This document shows positions 12,594 through 26,000 of a stretch of 64,000 nt of DNA, piece after piece; position 1 is the stretch's first letter; every line of letters starts with the position of its first letter. Source of the stretch: Squalus acanthias. Taxonomy: Eukaryota. The position numbers and the translations under genes were made by a program. The DNA is taken from assembly GCA_030390025.1 (NCBI GenBank), contig CM059432.1:64234001-64298000 (forward strand). The letters are read 5' to 3'. The notes below the pieces were generated by a model that saw nothing but the letters and a program-made list of their open reading frames with translations, did not search any database and was not told the origin of the DNA.

Positions 12594-14453
12594 ATGGATA
12601 GCGAAAGGCAGAGAGCTGCACCCCAGTTCTCAGATTCTTCCTTGCATAATCTTGTGGAGACTGTCAGAGCAGGCAGGGAGGTCCTATTCCCTGCTGACAG
12701 GCAAAGGAGATCTCCACAGGAAACAAAAAGAGCCAAGCTAGATATTGCTGAGGAGGTCAGCAGCAGGGATGTGGTCAGGAGGACCTGGATCAAGTGCAGG
12801 AAGCGCTTCAATGATCTGATGAGGTCAAGAAAGGTGAGTGCAATGCCACACTCACCCTCATCCTGAAGTGCCTGTTGCCACACCCCCCTCACTCTGCCTT
12901 CCCAAGCCTACTCCTGCACAGCATTACTCACACCAACATACCTTGCACGTCCACAGATCCCTCTCTCTCTATGTACATACACACATCCCCATCTGACTAA
13001 TCACCTTTGACACTCACCCTCATCCTAATGCAATTATAGCAAGTAACACCACAGAAGGAGGACATTTGGCATTGGCACCCCACTCTCACATAGTCACCCT
13101 TTACAGATGTACATCCATTCCTTACACTCATTCCATCACTCTCACTCAAACTTCTCTTCTTTCGCTCCTTGCAGGAGGAGAAGAGAACTCAACAATAGGG
13201 AGCGGGAGAGAACCGGAGGTGATCCTCCAGTAATTGCACATCTCACAGCAGCAGAGGACGCGGCTCTGGAAATTTCGGGAGCTCGAGAGATGCTGGCGGT
13301 GGGAGATGTTGGGAGAGGCACATTCCAGCAACCTGGTGACAGAATCACATCTCATAAAGCCACATGGCATAAAACAGTCACTCATGTCAGCAGCCAGTGA
13401 AATGTCATCATGTGCATATGGTAACGTTACCCATTCTTATTATAATACTTCTAATTCATCTCTTTATTCTCCTACAGTTCCATCAACTGCCCCCTCCCCT
13501 CCCCATTATCTAGCTGGAAGAGGAAGATGACTCCTCAGAGGAGCCTCCAGCCTCTGAGGGTGCACTGTCACCAGACGTATGCGCACCCAGCACCAGCGCA
13601 GATACACACCTCGGTGGGTCCTTTGCACCATAGAGTAGAGTTGTCACCTGGTGTCTCACAATTCACAAGTGAGCAAGAGCAGATGGTGTTGACGGGGACA
13701 GCAGTGGAGACTCCTCGTTGGAGGGCGCAGGATGCTCACAGCTCTGCTGAGCTGCATGCAGAGGCTGAGCCTCAGGGGCCATCCAGAAAGAGGGTGATCC
13801 TGGAGGGGCAGCAACAATTGCATGAGGCTCTGGCATCTTTTGCAGCCGCAATATCTGCAAATGTTCAGAGAATTGAGGAGTCCACCTCCAACATGAGCAG
13901 CACCATGTCGCAGGCGATGGTGACAATGTGCTGTTCCATGGAAAGGATGGCCACCTGCATGGAGCAGCAAATCCGGCACTCACATGAGCACATGCTAGCT
14001 GTGGACAACAGATGGCAGGCGCTCATAGACCTCTTCTCAAGAAGGGATGTAAACGTTGACTTGGGCCTTCATCGCCCCGCTGCTGTGCAGCAAGGTGCTC
14101 GCCAGCTCCTTGTTAGCAGGGAAGTGCGGGTATCCCATGAGAGGGATGATGGTGAGAGGGGACATGGATGAGGGGGCTCTTCTCAAAGCGCTTCCACTTC
14201 TCCCCCGTTGCCTCCTCCTCAGTCAGAGCTCCAGCTGCTCCCTCGGATTCCGAGGGCCGAGTCTGCCCCTGCACAGTTGCAGGAGAAGCAGACTTTGGCG
14301 GGGCCATCAGAGGCTCCAAAACCCAGAGGACATCTGCCAAAAGTGTCTATGCAGTCGCAGCAGCGAAGTGAGCAGCCTGCAACTACCTCTGCTGAAGCCA
14401 CAGAGGTTGCACCTCGGAGAAGCACTCGCAAAAGAAAAATGACACAAAAGTAG
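12594..14453 (+). pseudogene. Harbinger Myb/SANT-like DNA-binding gene, 3 exons (12594-12833, ~13175-13335, ~13478-14453), frameshifted
   Basis: MDSERQRAAPQFSD...RRTWIKCRKRFNDL followed by AAG|GTGAGT; polypyrimidine-CAG acceptors at 13174 and 13477; RERTGGDPP motif; basic end PRRSTRKRK. Confidence 0.75.
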
Positions 14454-14840
14454 ATGCACAAGGGTATGCACGTGGATGTATCAAAAAATGTTAGTGCTAA
14501 GTTTCAGTTGTTTTGATTACACACATAAATATTTTTCTTTGCACCACTTTCGGGTCTTGTCCATTTGTGGCTCAAATCTTGGAAGTGGCTTTGTCACTTG
14601 AAGTGAGTGGTGACACATTATTTAACCTCGAACATTGGGGCTTTGGGTGAGAGCAATGGATTGGTCATTGTAGGGATGCTTTATGGTGTTGTTGGGGGTG
14701 GGGGGAACTTAGTACAGCATATGGCTGAATTGGTGCAATTTAAGTAAATCTGGCCATGATCAGGCCATCCCAGGCCTCCCAGGCAGCAATGTGCACCGCT
14801 GCTGGTGGCATCTGCATCTCAGCTTCCTCCTTTTTTTGAC

Positions 14841-14883
14841 AGATAGATAGATAGATAGATATATATATATATACATATATATA
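14841..14883. repeat. (GATA)n/(TA)n microsatellite
   Basis: Seen directly at the CR1 5' junction. Confidence 0.9.
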
Positions 14884-14884
14884 A

Positions 14885-15832
14885 AATGACCTGGATATTG
14901 GAATACAGAGTAGAATTTCTAAATTTGCCGATGACACCAAATTTGGGGCTGTGACAAAGAGTGATGATGACACCAATTGACTGCAACAGGACATAGAAAG
15001 GCTAGCAGAATGGGCAGACAAGTGGCAGATGGAATTTAATAGAGAAATGTGAGGTGATGCATTTTGGCAGAAGGAACAGGGAGAGGCAATATACACTTAA
15101 TGGCACAGTTTTAGAGAGTGTGTACGGACAGAGGATCCTGGGAGTTAATGTGCATAGGTCCCTGAAGGTGGCAGGACATATTGAGAGAGTGGTTAACAAA
15201 GCATATGGGATCTTGGGCTTCATAAATAGAGGTATTGAGTACAAAAGTAGAGAAGTTTTGCTGAATCTTTATAAAGCGCTGGTTAGGCCACAACTGGAGT
15301 ATTGCGTCCAGTTCCAGTCACCACACTTTAGGAAGGATGTGAAGGCCCTTGAGAGGGTACAGAGGAGATTTACCAGAATGGTTTCGGGGATGGGGGATCT
15401 TAGCTACAAGGACAGGTTGGAGAAGCTGGATTTGTTTTCATTAGAGCAAAGGAGGTTGAGGGGTGATTTGATGGAGGTGTACAAGATTATGACGGGTTTG
15501 GATAGGCTAGACGGGGAAAGGCTGTTCCCACTAGTTGATGGTACAAGGACTAGAGGACACAGATTTAAGGTTTTGGGCAAGAGATACAAGGGGGATGTGA
15601 GGAAAAGCTTTTTTACGCAGCGAGTGGTGAGGACCTGGAACTCGCGCCGACGGAAGTGGTGGAAGCGGAGACACTCAATGTTTTCAAGAGGAGACTGGAT
15701 AGGCACTTGAGGGAAATCAACTTGCAGGGCTACGGGGATAGAACGGGGGAATGGGACTAACTGGATTGCTCTGCAGAGAGCCGGCACGGACTCAATGGGA
15801 TGAATGACCTCCTTCTGTGCCGTTATGACTCT
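14885..15832 (+). mobile_element. 5'-truncated CR1 LINE inserted in the transposase
   Basis: KFADD, LVRPQLEYCVQF and RTRGH motifs plus a CR1 3' UTR. Confidence 0.9.
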
Positions 15833-16710
15833 GACTCCTCCTCGTCTTCCACCTGCTCGTCCTCGTCCTCCTCTGAAGAGGCTGTGTGCTGTGCACCATG
15901 CTCCTCCTGCAGCTCCAATCCTCGCTGCTATGCTATGTTCTGAAGCATGCAGCAGACGACGATGATGATTCTGGAGACCCTGGCTGGTGCGTACTGAAGG
16001 GCTCTTCCAGATCTGTCAAGGCATCTGAAGCGCATCTTCAGCATGCCAATTGCTGGTTCTATGACACATCTGGTGGAGATGCGACTGTCATTATAATGCT
16101 CCTCGGCCTCAGTACTTGGCCTCCTCAAGGGTGTCATGAGCCACGTCTTCAGTGGATAGCCCTCATCTCCAAGCAGCCAGACGGTATGTCTGTTTGGAGG
16201 TGTGAAGAGCTGAAGGAGGGTGGAATGGCGCAACATGAAAGAGTCGTGACAGCTGCCAGGCAATCTGGCGCACACATGCATAATCATCTTTTTATGGTTG
16301 CAGACGAGCTGCACATTGAGGGAGTGGAAGTCTTTGCGGTTCACAAACACTCCTGGGTGATGATGGGGTGCCTTCATGACCACATGTGTGCAGTCGATGA
16401 TGCCCTGCACCTGTGGGAAGCCAGCCAGAGCCTTCATCAGTGGAAAAGTTTACATAATTGGCTGACTTGTGAAACATGGCATCGATCACCTGGGTGATGC
16501 ATCTGTGGGCAGCCGACTGCAAGATCCCACAAATGTCTGCTGCAGATCCCTGGAAGGAGCCTAAGGTGAAGAAATTGAGGGTGGTGGTGACTTTGACAGT
16601 GGCTTGGAAACGGATTTCAAAAATGGTAATCAGGTCCTGCTGTTAAATTCGGCAGAATCACAAAACTGCCCCCCTCCACTCCCTCCTGCCTCCCTGTAAA
16701 TATCTGGCCC

Positions 16711-19700
16711 TTGTTTTGTTACAGCTTTTTCTTAACTTTGGAGGCTTTCAAACTGACAAGATCAGGATGAGAGGCACGTTCGATGTGTTTGACAGCACAT
16801 CAGAAGAGGAAGACCATCACCATCCATGGCAGCGACGATGTGCTATGGTGGGATCAGCATGTGCACAGGAGGGAGGTGCACAGGAGGGAGGGGTCGAGAT
16901 CACAGGAGACACTTCCCATATCACAGGCGAAAGACAGAAGCTCAGCTTCCTTGACCTCTTGGAAGAACAGTGCTTCTGTAGGCTGAGGTTCTCACGTCAG
17001 GTGTGGCAGACATCTGCAGCCTCCAAGAAGAAGACCAGATCCCTGCTGGACCTGGCGGACATGCATTACACCAGTGAGTGTGAAGTTCATTACCACCCTC
17101 AATTTTTTTTGCTTCTGGTTCCTTCCAGGGTGCTGCCCTAGACATCTTGAGGGTCTCGCAGTCAGCTGCACATAAATGCATAAGGAAGGTGATGGATGGA
17201 TTGTTTGCCAGGGCTAGGAGTTACATAAACTTCCCATGTGATGAAAATAGTCTGAATAAGCAGGCACTTGGATCCACCTCTCTGGCTGGATTCCCACAGG
17301 TACAGGGTGCCATCGACTGCACACACGTGGCAATCTGAGCACCACCACAGCAACCAGGAGTTTTTATAAACCACAAGGGATATTCGTCCATCAATGCGCA
17401 GCTGGTGTGCAACCACAAGAGGTGGTACATGTAGGTGTGCACCAGATTCCCTAGGAGCCGTTATGATGCATTCATACTGCGGCAGTCCAACATTCCTTTC
17501 ATTCCAGGAAGCAGACTTAAGGTCTGGCCCGGCATATGCCTCACTCTACCATTACCACCAAGCCAGGCGATCAACCCTGGTTCAATGAGTATAGAAGAGC
17601 ATGCCAGGGGAAGCACCAGGCGTACCTAAAAATGAGGTGCCAACCTGGGGAAGCTGCAACACAGGACTACACGCATGCTAAAAAGCGGAAGCAGCATGCT
17701 ATATACAGGGCAAAGCGATCCACAATCAACGGATCAGATCAAAGCTCTGCAGTCCTGCCACATCCAGTCGTGAATGGTGGTGGACCATTAAACAAATAAC
17801 GGGAGGAGGAGGCTCCATGAAAATCCCCATACTCAAAGATGGTGGAGCCCAGCATATGAGTGCAAAAGACAAGGCTGAAGCATTTGCAACCATCTTCAGC
17901 CAGAAGTGCTGAGTGCATGATCCATATCGGCCTCCTCCTGAGGTCCCCACCATCACAGAAGCCCGTCTTCAGCCAATTCAATTCACTCCACGTGATATCA
18001 AGAAATGGCTGAGCGCAATGGATACAGCAAAGGCTGTGGGCCCAGACAACATCTCAGCTATCGTGCTGAAGACTTGTGCTCCAGAACTAGCCGTGCCTCT
18101 AGCCAAGCTGTTCCAGTACAGCTACAACACTGGGATCTATCCGACAATGTGGAAAACTGCCCAGGTATGCCCTGTCCACAAAAAGCAGGACAAATCCAAC
18201 CCGGCCAATTACTGCCCCATTAGTCTACTCTCAATCATCAGCACAGTGATGGAAGTTGTCATCGACAGTCCTATCAAGCGGCACTTACTCACCTGCTCAC
18301 TGATGCCCAGTTTGGGTTCCGCCAAGACCATTCAGCTCCCGACCTCATTACAGCCTTGGTCCAAACATGGACAAAGGAGCTGAATTCCAGAGGTGAGGTG
18401 AGAGTGACTGCCCTTGACATCAAGGTAGCATTTGACCGAGTGTGGCATCAAGGAGCCCTAGTAAAATTGAAGTCAATGGGAATCAGGGGGAAAATGCTCC
18501 ACTGGCTGGAGTCATACCTAGCACAAAGGAAGATGGTTGTGGTGATTGAAGGTCAATCATCACAGCCCCAGGACATCGCTCAGGGCAGTGTCCTAGGCTC
18601 AACCATCTTCAGCTGCTTCATCAATGATCTTCCCTCCAACATAAGGTCAGAAATGGGGATGTTCGCTGATGACTGCACAGTGTTCAGCAACATTCACAAC
18701 TCCTCAGACAACAAAGCAGTCCATGCCCGCATGCAACAAGATCTGGACAACGTTCAGGCTTGGGCTGATAAGTGGCAGGTAACATTCGCACCACAGAAGT
18801 GCCAGGCAATGACTATCTCCAACAAGCGAGAGTCTAACCACCTCCCCATGACATTCAACGACATTACCATTGCCGAAGCCCCCACCATCAACATCCTGGG
18901 GGTCACCATTGAACAGAAACCTAACTGGACCAGCCACATAAATACTGTGGCAGCAGGAGCAGGTCAGAGGCTAGGTATTCTGCGGCGAGTGTCTCACCTC
19001 CTGACTCCCCAAAGCCTTTCCACCATCTACAAGGCCCAAGTAAGGAGTGTGATGGAATACTCTCCACTTGCCTGGATGAGTGCAGCTGCAACAACACTCA
19101 AGAAGCTCGACACCATCCAGGACAAAGCAACCCGTTTGATTGGCACCCCATCCACCACCGGCGTACTGTGGCTGCAGTGTGTACCATCTACAAGATGCAC
19201 TGCAGCAACTCACCAAGTCTTTTTCGGCAGCACCTCCCAAACCCGCGACCTCTTCCACCTAGAAGGACAAGGGTAGCAGGTGCATGGGAATACTACCACC
19301 TCCAAGTTCCCCTCCAAGTCACACACCATCCTGACTTAGAAGTATATCGCCGATCCTTCATCGTCACTGGGTCAAAATCCTGGAATTCCCTCCCTAACAG
19401 CACTGTGGGAGTACCTTCACCACACGGACTGCAGCGGTTCAAGGCAGCAGCTCACCACCACCTTCCCAACGGCAATTAGGGATGGGCAATAAATGCTGGC
19501 CTTGCCAGCGACGCCCAGATCCCATAAGCGAATTTAAAAAATGACAATGGATACCCCCTTCAAACATGGCTCATGATACCTGTGAGGAACCCCACCAATG
19601 AGGCTCAAGAGCGCTGCACTGAGAGCCACATGACTACCAGCTGTGTCATAGAGCAAGCCATCGGAATGTTGAAGATGCATGTCAGGTACTCAGATAGGTC

Positions 19701-20952
19701 TGGACGCATCCTTCAGTACTCGCCAGCAAGGGTGTCCAGAATGATAGTGGTGAGCTGCGTCCTGCACAATATTGCGCAGCAGAGAGGATTGCAGGTGGAG
19801 AAGGACAAAGGGCCTCATCACTCATCTTTGGATGAGGAGAAAATAGAGGAGGAGGAGGAGGAGGAGGAGGAGGAAGATGAGGCACCCATCACTAGACAAG
19901 CCGCTTACATTGCTGCAAGGGATGTCCAAATATCACGACGGTTCACCTAGTGTAAACATAAGAAATGAAATCCTGCGGTCCGTTCTCACCACCAGGACCA
20001 CCCCTCCCCCCTTGCAATAAACAGTCCTTCAGCCACTCATCAACCCATTGCACATCTGCCTAATGGGACCCGTCATGTATTGACATTCATCATGAAACAA
20101 GCGAAAGGGTAAGTTGGCACTCGGGAAGCAATAATGGAAAGACGTGGAAGTGGTGGTTAACAATAAATTTTATGTGGCATTAAATAGAAAGGAAACTTAT
20201 AAAGAAAGGAAACTTAACAATGTAACATTTTGTAAAACACTCATGTGCATACCCTTGGTGACTTACAATTTCTTGAGCTTACGCTTCCTACCGCTTCTAC
20301 GTGGTGCATCCCATGTGGCTTCAGCAGAGGTAGAAGGGAGGTGATGAAGTGCTTAGAAAGTGAAGGCTGGGTGCTGCTGAAAGTTAAGTGGGTGTGAGGA
20401 GTGATGTGATGGAGTACGCTTGGCAAGACAGAGTGAAAGTGTCAGGGGATCAAACCATAGGATGTAGTTGAACCAGCAAATGTATTCACTTTTCCTGACC
20501 TGGGTTAGGTCATTAAACCGCTTCCTACAGTGCTTCTAAGACTTAGTCATAATGCTCCTGCTGCTCACCTCCTCAGCTACCTACAAACATGCCTGCTTGG
20601 TGAGAGCCGCATGTTTCTTCCTCACATTGCTGGGGAAAAATATGTCGCTCCTGCTCCTGACTGCTCCCAGCAGTGATGTGTCATTGAATCTGGGTGCTGC
20701 CCTTGCTCTATGTGCACTATCCATCATGAGCACCTCTAATTTCCATCTGCGAATTGTCCCTTTAAATACAGGTGGGAAGACGTCATGCGGGTACGTATCA
20801 CGCCCGCTGTGCAGCTTGGAGACGTGAAAACAGGAAGTCAAAATGAATTGCTTCAATTCACTTGCGATCGCAGATTCCGACCCACTGAGTTGAATTCCAT
20901 CATCTCCCCCCAACCTCCACTCGGAAGCAGCCTTCAGATTAATATCTGGGCC
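16711..20952. mobile_element. PIF/Harbinger transposon relic C (transposase +, Myb -)
   Basis: Transposase 16768-17525 plus 19542-19950 (AIDCTHV, DNGYP, IEQAIGMLK, acidic tail, RRFT*). Myb remnant ~20727-20490 and ~20340-20241 on the minus strand. Right end aatatctgggcc. Confidence 0.85.
17527..19541 (+). mobile_element. LINE family B (CR1/L2 group), 5'-truncated ORF2
   Basis: RT motifs PANYCPISLLS, ALDIKVAFDRVWH, QGSVLG, MFADD; tail gggatgggcaataaatgctggccttgccagcgacgccc...aaaaa. Interrupts the transposase just before its DxGYP motif. Confidence 0.9.
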
Positions 20953-22175
20953 AATATGTTGCTGTACCAAACTAGGTGCATCAGTGACAATATTATGATT
21001 TAATAGAGAAATAAAACTTAACAAATTAATTTATAATTCAAGTTGGTTACCTGTTATACCTATAATTCAAAAGATTGCAAAATGCTAAAATTTATAGTCC
21101 CAAGAAATAAAAGTCTGAAGAGGTTGTACCCGCTAGCAAGAATTTCTCAAGGACAAGCGCAAAATGTCCTTTTAGGTTTTGATCAACAGAAAACCAGGCT
21201 GAGGGGTTTGGGACTGGGAGAAAGAATTTGGGAGTGAAAGAGCATGGAACCTGAAAACAATCTGGGATTCTCCAGATAGCTGAATGGCAAAAAAGTATTC
21301 ATATGTTTTTAGTTGGAAAGAAAAGTTCAACAGATGTTCAGTTTATTATTTTGTTTCAATAATACGGACACACACATCACTTCTGCAGCTATAGAAAATG
21401 CTTTAAAGTGGCAAACAGGTCAACTGAGGTTGCCAGGACACAGCTACCCAAATTGCAAGACGATGGAGATATCTGCACTCATTCTGAGAGAATGTACCAT
21501 TTAAAACACTGGACTTATAAAAGCCTTACCTTCTTGTGCCCCAGTTTCAAATAAAGGGGCATTCCTTCGGTACCCATCCTAGAACATGACAACACATCAG
21601 CCCTCTTTACCTCTAGATTACTGTGCTAATAATCATCACCTGATTAAATAAGTTAGCATCAAATAAGTACACCCTTTATAGTATGACTCTAACCTTCATG
21701 ACTAACAGTGCGATGTCAGTCCATATTCTAATTTATAACAAAGTCCAAAGTCAACAAAAGCCAACCTACACTTCCCCAACACTGTGCTTACCCTGGGTAG
21801 CTACATGTGTCTTTCATCTAATGTTGTTCTTCTCCTCAGTATCACAAGAAGTCATTGATTGCTGATGCTCTGCATAAGGGTCATGGGCCTTCCTCTCGTG
21901 GCAGCTTGTTCCTGGTGGAAAGCTGCTGTTTGCTGTATCTCTGGAGCTCGTTCTTGGGCAGGCGGGTGTAGCCTTCTACTTTCCACTGGTGTGGTGCTCT
22001 GAGAGGGAAGGCCAGAGGCCTGACATGTGCAGGGCAGCTGTATAAGAACAGAAGAACATAAGAATTAGGAGCAGGAGTAGGCCAGATGAGCGTTCGAGCC
22101 TACTCCGCCATCCAATAAGATCATGGCTGATCTTCGACCTCAACTCCACTTTCCCACCCAATTCCTATATACCTT

Positions 22176-22304
22176 ACAATAGCAAAATACTGCGGATGCT
22201 GGAAATCCGAAATAACAGAAAACGCTGGAAAAACTCAGTAGGCCAGGCAGCATCCGTGGAGAGAGAAACAGAGTTAACGTTTCAGGTCGAAGACCTTTCG
22301 TCAG
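22176..22304 (-). mobile_element. Short Penelope-type (family B) repeat with hammerhead core
   Basis: 9-bp TSD atatacctt (22167-22175, 22305-22313). Minus strand reads CUGACGA-A-AGGUC-UUC-GACCU-GAAA-CG-UU-AACU. Confidence 0.75.
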
Positions 22305-23059
22305 ATATACCTTGATTCCCCGAGAGTCCAAAAATCTATCTGTCTCAGCCTTGAACATACTCAACAATTCAGCATCCACCCCTTTAGGGTAGAGAATTCC
22401 AAAGATTCACAACCCTCTGAGTGAAGAAATTTCTCCTCATCTCAGTCTTAAATGGCCGACCCCTTATCCTGAGACTATGCCCCCCTAGTTCTAGACTCTC
22501 CAGGCAGGGGAAACAACCTCTCAGCATCTACCCTGTCAACCCCCTCAGAATCTTATATATTTCAATGAGATCCCCTCTCATTCTTCTAAACACCAGAGAT
22601 TGTAGGCCCATTCTATGCAATCTCTCATCATAGGACAGCCCTCTTATCCCAGGGATCAATCCAGTGAGCCTTTGTTGCACCGCCTCTAAGGCATGTATGT
22701 CCTTTCTTAGATAAGGAGACCAAAACTGTGCACAGTACTCCAGGTGTGGTCTCACCAAAGCCCTGTACAATTGTAGTAAGACTTCCTTACTCTTGTACTC
22801 AACCCCCTTGCAATAAAGGCCAACATGCCATTTGCCTTCCTAATTGCTTGCTGTACCTGCATGCTAACTCTGTGTTTCCTGTATGAGGACACCTAAATCT
22901 CTCTGAACACCAATATTTAATAGTTTCTCACCATTTAAAAAATATTTTTTTCTATTCTTCTTACCAATGTGAATAACGTCACATTTCCTCACATTAAACT
23001 CTATCTGCCACCCTATTGCTCACTCACTTAACCTGTCTATGTCTCTTTGCAGACTCTTT

Positions 23060-26000
23060 GGGCTGGATTTTACTCACCGAGACGCGTTGCGGGCGGGACT
23101 GCGCCTTCCGAGTTCTAGTCTCGCCCCCAGAGACGTCTGACGAACAAACTCTATTTTGCACTGATTGGCCTGCCGGACAATTAAGGGAAAGCCAGTGTTA
23201 GATGTGGTCAGTTGATGATGGAGACATGGCTCCAGGGTGACCAAGGCTGGGAATTCAACATCCAGGGGTATACAATATTCAGGAAGGACAGACAAAAAGG
23301 AAAAGGAGGTGGGGTAGCATTGTTGTTTAAAGAGGAGATTAACACAATAGTAAAGAAGGATATTAGCTCTGATGATGTGGAATCTGTATGGGTAGAGCTG
23401 AGAAATACCAAGGGGCAGAAAACGTTAGTGGGAGTTGTATACAGACCTCCAAACAGTAATGCTGAGGTTGGGGATGGCATTAAATGGGAAATTAGAGATG
23501 CGTGCAATAAGGGCACAGCAGTTATCATGGGTGACTTTAATCAACATATAGATTGGGCTAACCAGATTAGTAACAATACTGTGGAGGAGGACTTCCTAGA
23601 TTGTATATGGGATGGTTTCCTGGACCAATATGTCGAGGAACCAACTAGAGATGAGGCCATCTTAGACTGGGTATTATGTAATGAGAAAGGATTAATTAGC
23701 AATCTTGTTGTGCGAGGCCCCTTGGGGAGGAGCGATCATAATATGATCGAATTCTTCATTAAGATGGAGAGTGAAGTAGTTGACTCAGAGACTAGGGTCC
23801 TGAATTTAAATAAAGGAAACTACGATGGTATGAGGCACGACTTGGCTAGGATGGATTGGGGAGTGTTACTTAAAGGGTTGACGGTGGATAGGCAATGGCA
23901 AACATTTAAAGATCGCATGGATGAACTACAGAATTTGTTCATCTCTGTTTGGCATAAAAATAAAACAAAAGAGGCGACTCAACCGTGGCTAACAAGGGAA
24001 ATTAGGGATAGCATAAGATCCAAGGAGAGGACATATAAATTGGCCAGAAAAAGCAGCAAACTTGAGGATTGGGAGCAGTTTAGGATTCAGCAAAGGAGGA
24101 CAAAGGGATTAATTAAGAGGGGGAAAATAGAATATGAGAGTAAGCTTGCAGGGAACATAAAAACTGACTGTAAAAGCTTCTATAGATATGTGAAGAGAAA
24201 AAGATTGGTGAAGTCAAGCGTAGGTCCCTTGCAGTCAGAAGTGGGGGAATTTATAATGGGGAACAAAGAAATGGCAGACCAATTAAATACATACTTTGGT
24301 TCTGTCTTCACAAAGGAGGACACAAATAAACTCTCAGAGATGTCAGGGAACATAGGGTCTAATGAGAGGAAGGAATTGAATGAAATCAGTATTTGTAGGG
24401 AAATGGTGTTAGGGAAATTGACGGGATTGAAGGCCGATAAATCCCCAGGGCCGGATAATCTACATCCTAGGGTACTTACGGAAGTGGCCCTAGAAATAGT
24501 AGATGCATTGCTGGTCATCTTTCAAAATTCTATAGACTCTGGAACAGTTCCCATGGATTGGAGGGTAGCTAATGTAACCCCACTATTTAAAAAAGGTGGT
24601 AGAGAAAAAACAGGGAATTATAGACCGGTAAGCCTGACATCGGTAGTGGGCAAAATGCTAGAGTCCATTATAAAAGATGTAATAGCAGAGCACTTGGAAA
24701 ACAGTGACAGGATCGGACAAAGTCAACATGGATTTACAAAAGGTAAATCATGCCTGACTAATCTACTGGAATTTTTTGAGGATGTAACTGGCAGAATAGA
24801 TAAGGGAGAACCAGTGGATGTGGTGTATTTGGACTTTCAGAAGGCTTTCGATAAGGTCCCGCATAAGAGATTAGCGTGCAAAGTTAAAGCACATGGGACT
24901 GGGGGTAAGGTACTGATTTGGATAGAGAACTGGTTGGCAGACAGGAAGCAAAGAGTTGGAATAAACGGGTCTTTTTCCGAGTGGCAGGCAGTGACTAGTG
25001 TGGTTCTGCAGGGATCGGTCCTAGGACCCCAGCTATTCACAATATATATTAATGATCTAGACGAGGGAACTAGATGTAATATCTCCAAGTTTGCAGACGA
25101 CACAAAGCTGGGTGGGTGTGTGTGCTGTGAGGAGGATGCAGAGAAACTCCAATATGATTTAGACAGGTTGGGTGATTGGGCAGATGCATGATAATGTGGA
25201 TAAATGCGAGGTTATCCACTTTGGTGGCAAAAACAGGAAGACAGATTATCTGAACGGCAATAGATTGGGAAAAGGGGAAGTGCAACGAGATCTGGGAGTC
25301 CTTGTGCACCAGTCGCTGAAGGTAAGCATGCAGGTGCAGTAGGCGGTTAAGAAGGCAAATGGTATGTTGGCCTTCATAGCGAGAGGATTCGAGTACAGGA
25401 GCAAGGATGTCTTGCTGCAGTTGTACAAGGCCTTGGTGAGACCACACCTTGAGTATTGTGTGCAGTTTTGGTCGCCTTATCTGAGGAAGGATGTTCTTGC
25501 CATGGAGGGAGTGCAGCGAAGATTTACCAGACTGATACCTGGGATGTCAGGAATGACGTATGAAGAGAGATTGGGTCGATTATGCTTATATTCGCCAGAG
25601 TTGAGAAGAATAAGAGGGGATCTCATTGAAACTTATAAAATTCTAACAGGACTAGACTAGATGCAGGAAGAATGTTCCCGATGGCGGGGGAGTCCAGAAC
25701 CAGAGGTCACAATCTAAGGATAAGGGGTAAGCCATTTAGGACTGAGATGAGGAGGAATTTCTTCACCCAGAGAGTGGTGAACCTGTGGAATTCTCTACCA
25801 CAGAAGACAGTTGAGGCCAATTCATTAAATATATTCAAGAAGGAGATAGATATATTTCTTAAGGCTAAAGGGATCGAGGGATATGGGGAGAAAGCAGGGA
25901 CAGGGTACTGAATTTGGATGATCAGCCATGATCTCATTAAATGGCAGAGCAGGCTCAATGGGCCGAATGGCCTACTCCTGCTCCTATCTTCTATGCTTCT

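Larger units (their letters stand above)
14740..16607 (-). pseudogene. Harbinger DDE transposase (HARBI1-like), split by CR1
   Basis: [56 protein letters not shown] motifs; the C-terminus (DGLIMARFT*) resumes at 14830-14740. Confidence 0.9.
12301..16710. mobile_element. PIF/Harbinger transposon relic B (Myb gene +, transposase -)
   Basis: Convergent Myb/SANT and DDE genes; right terminus aaatatctggccc. Left boundary uncertain. Confidence 0.8.

Noticed and set aside
15928..16437. Domesticated HARBI1 gene
   Set aside because: Frameshifted, LINE-interrupted, paired with a Myb gene inside transposon termini, and multiple related relics lie nearby.
23212..25191. 659-aa ORF as a host gene
   Set aside because: It is CR1 ORF2 (endonuclease + RT), 5'-truncated with downstream stops; its ATG comes from the MITE junction.
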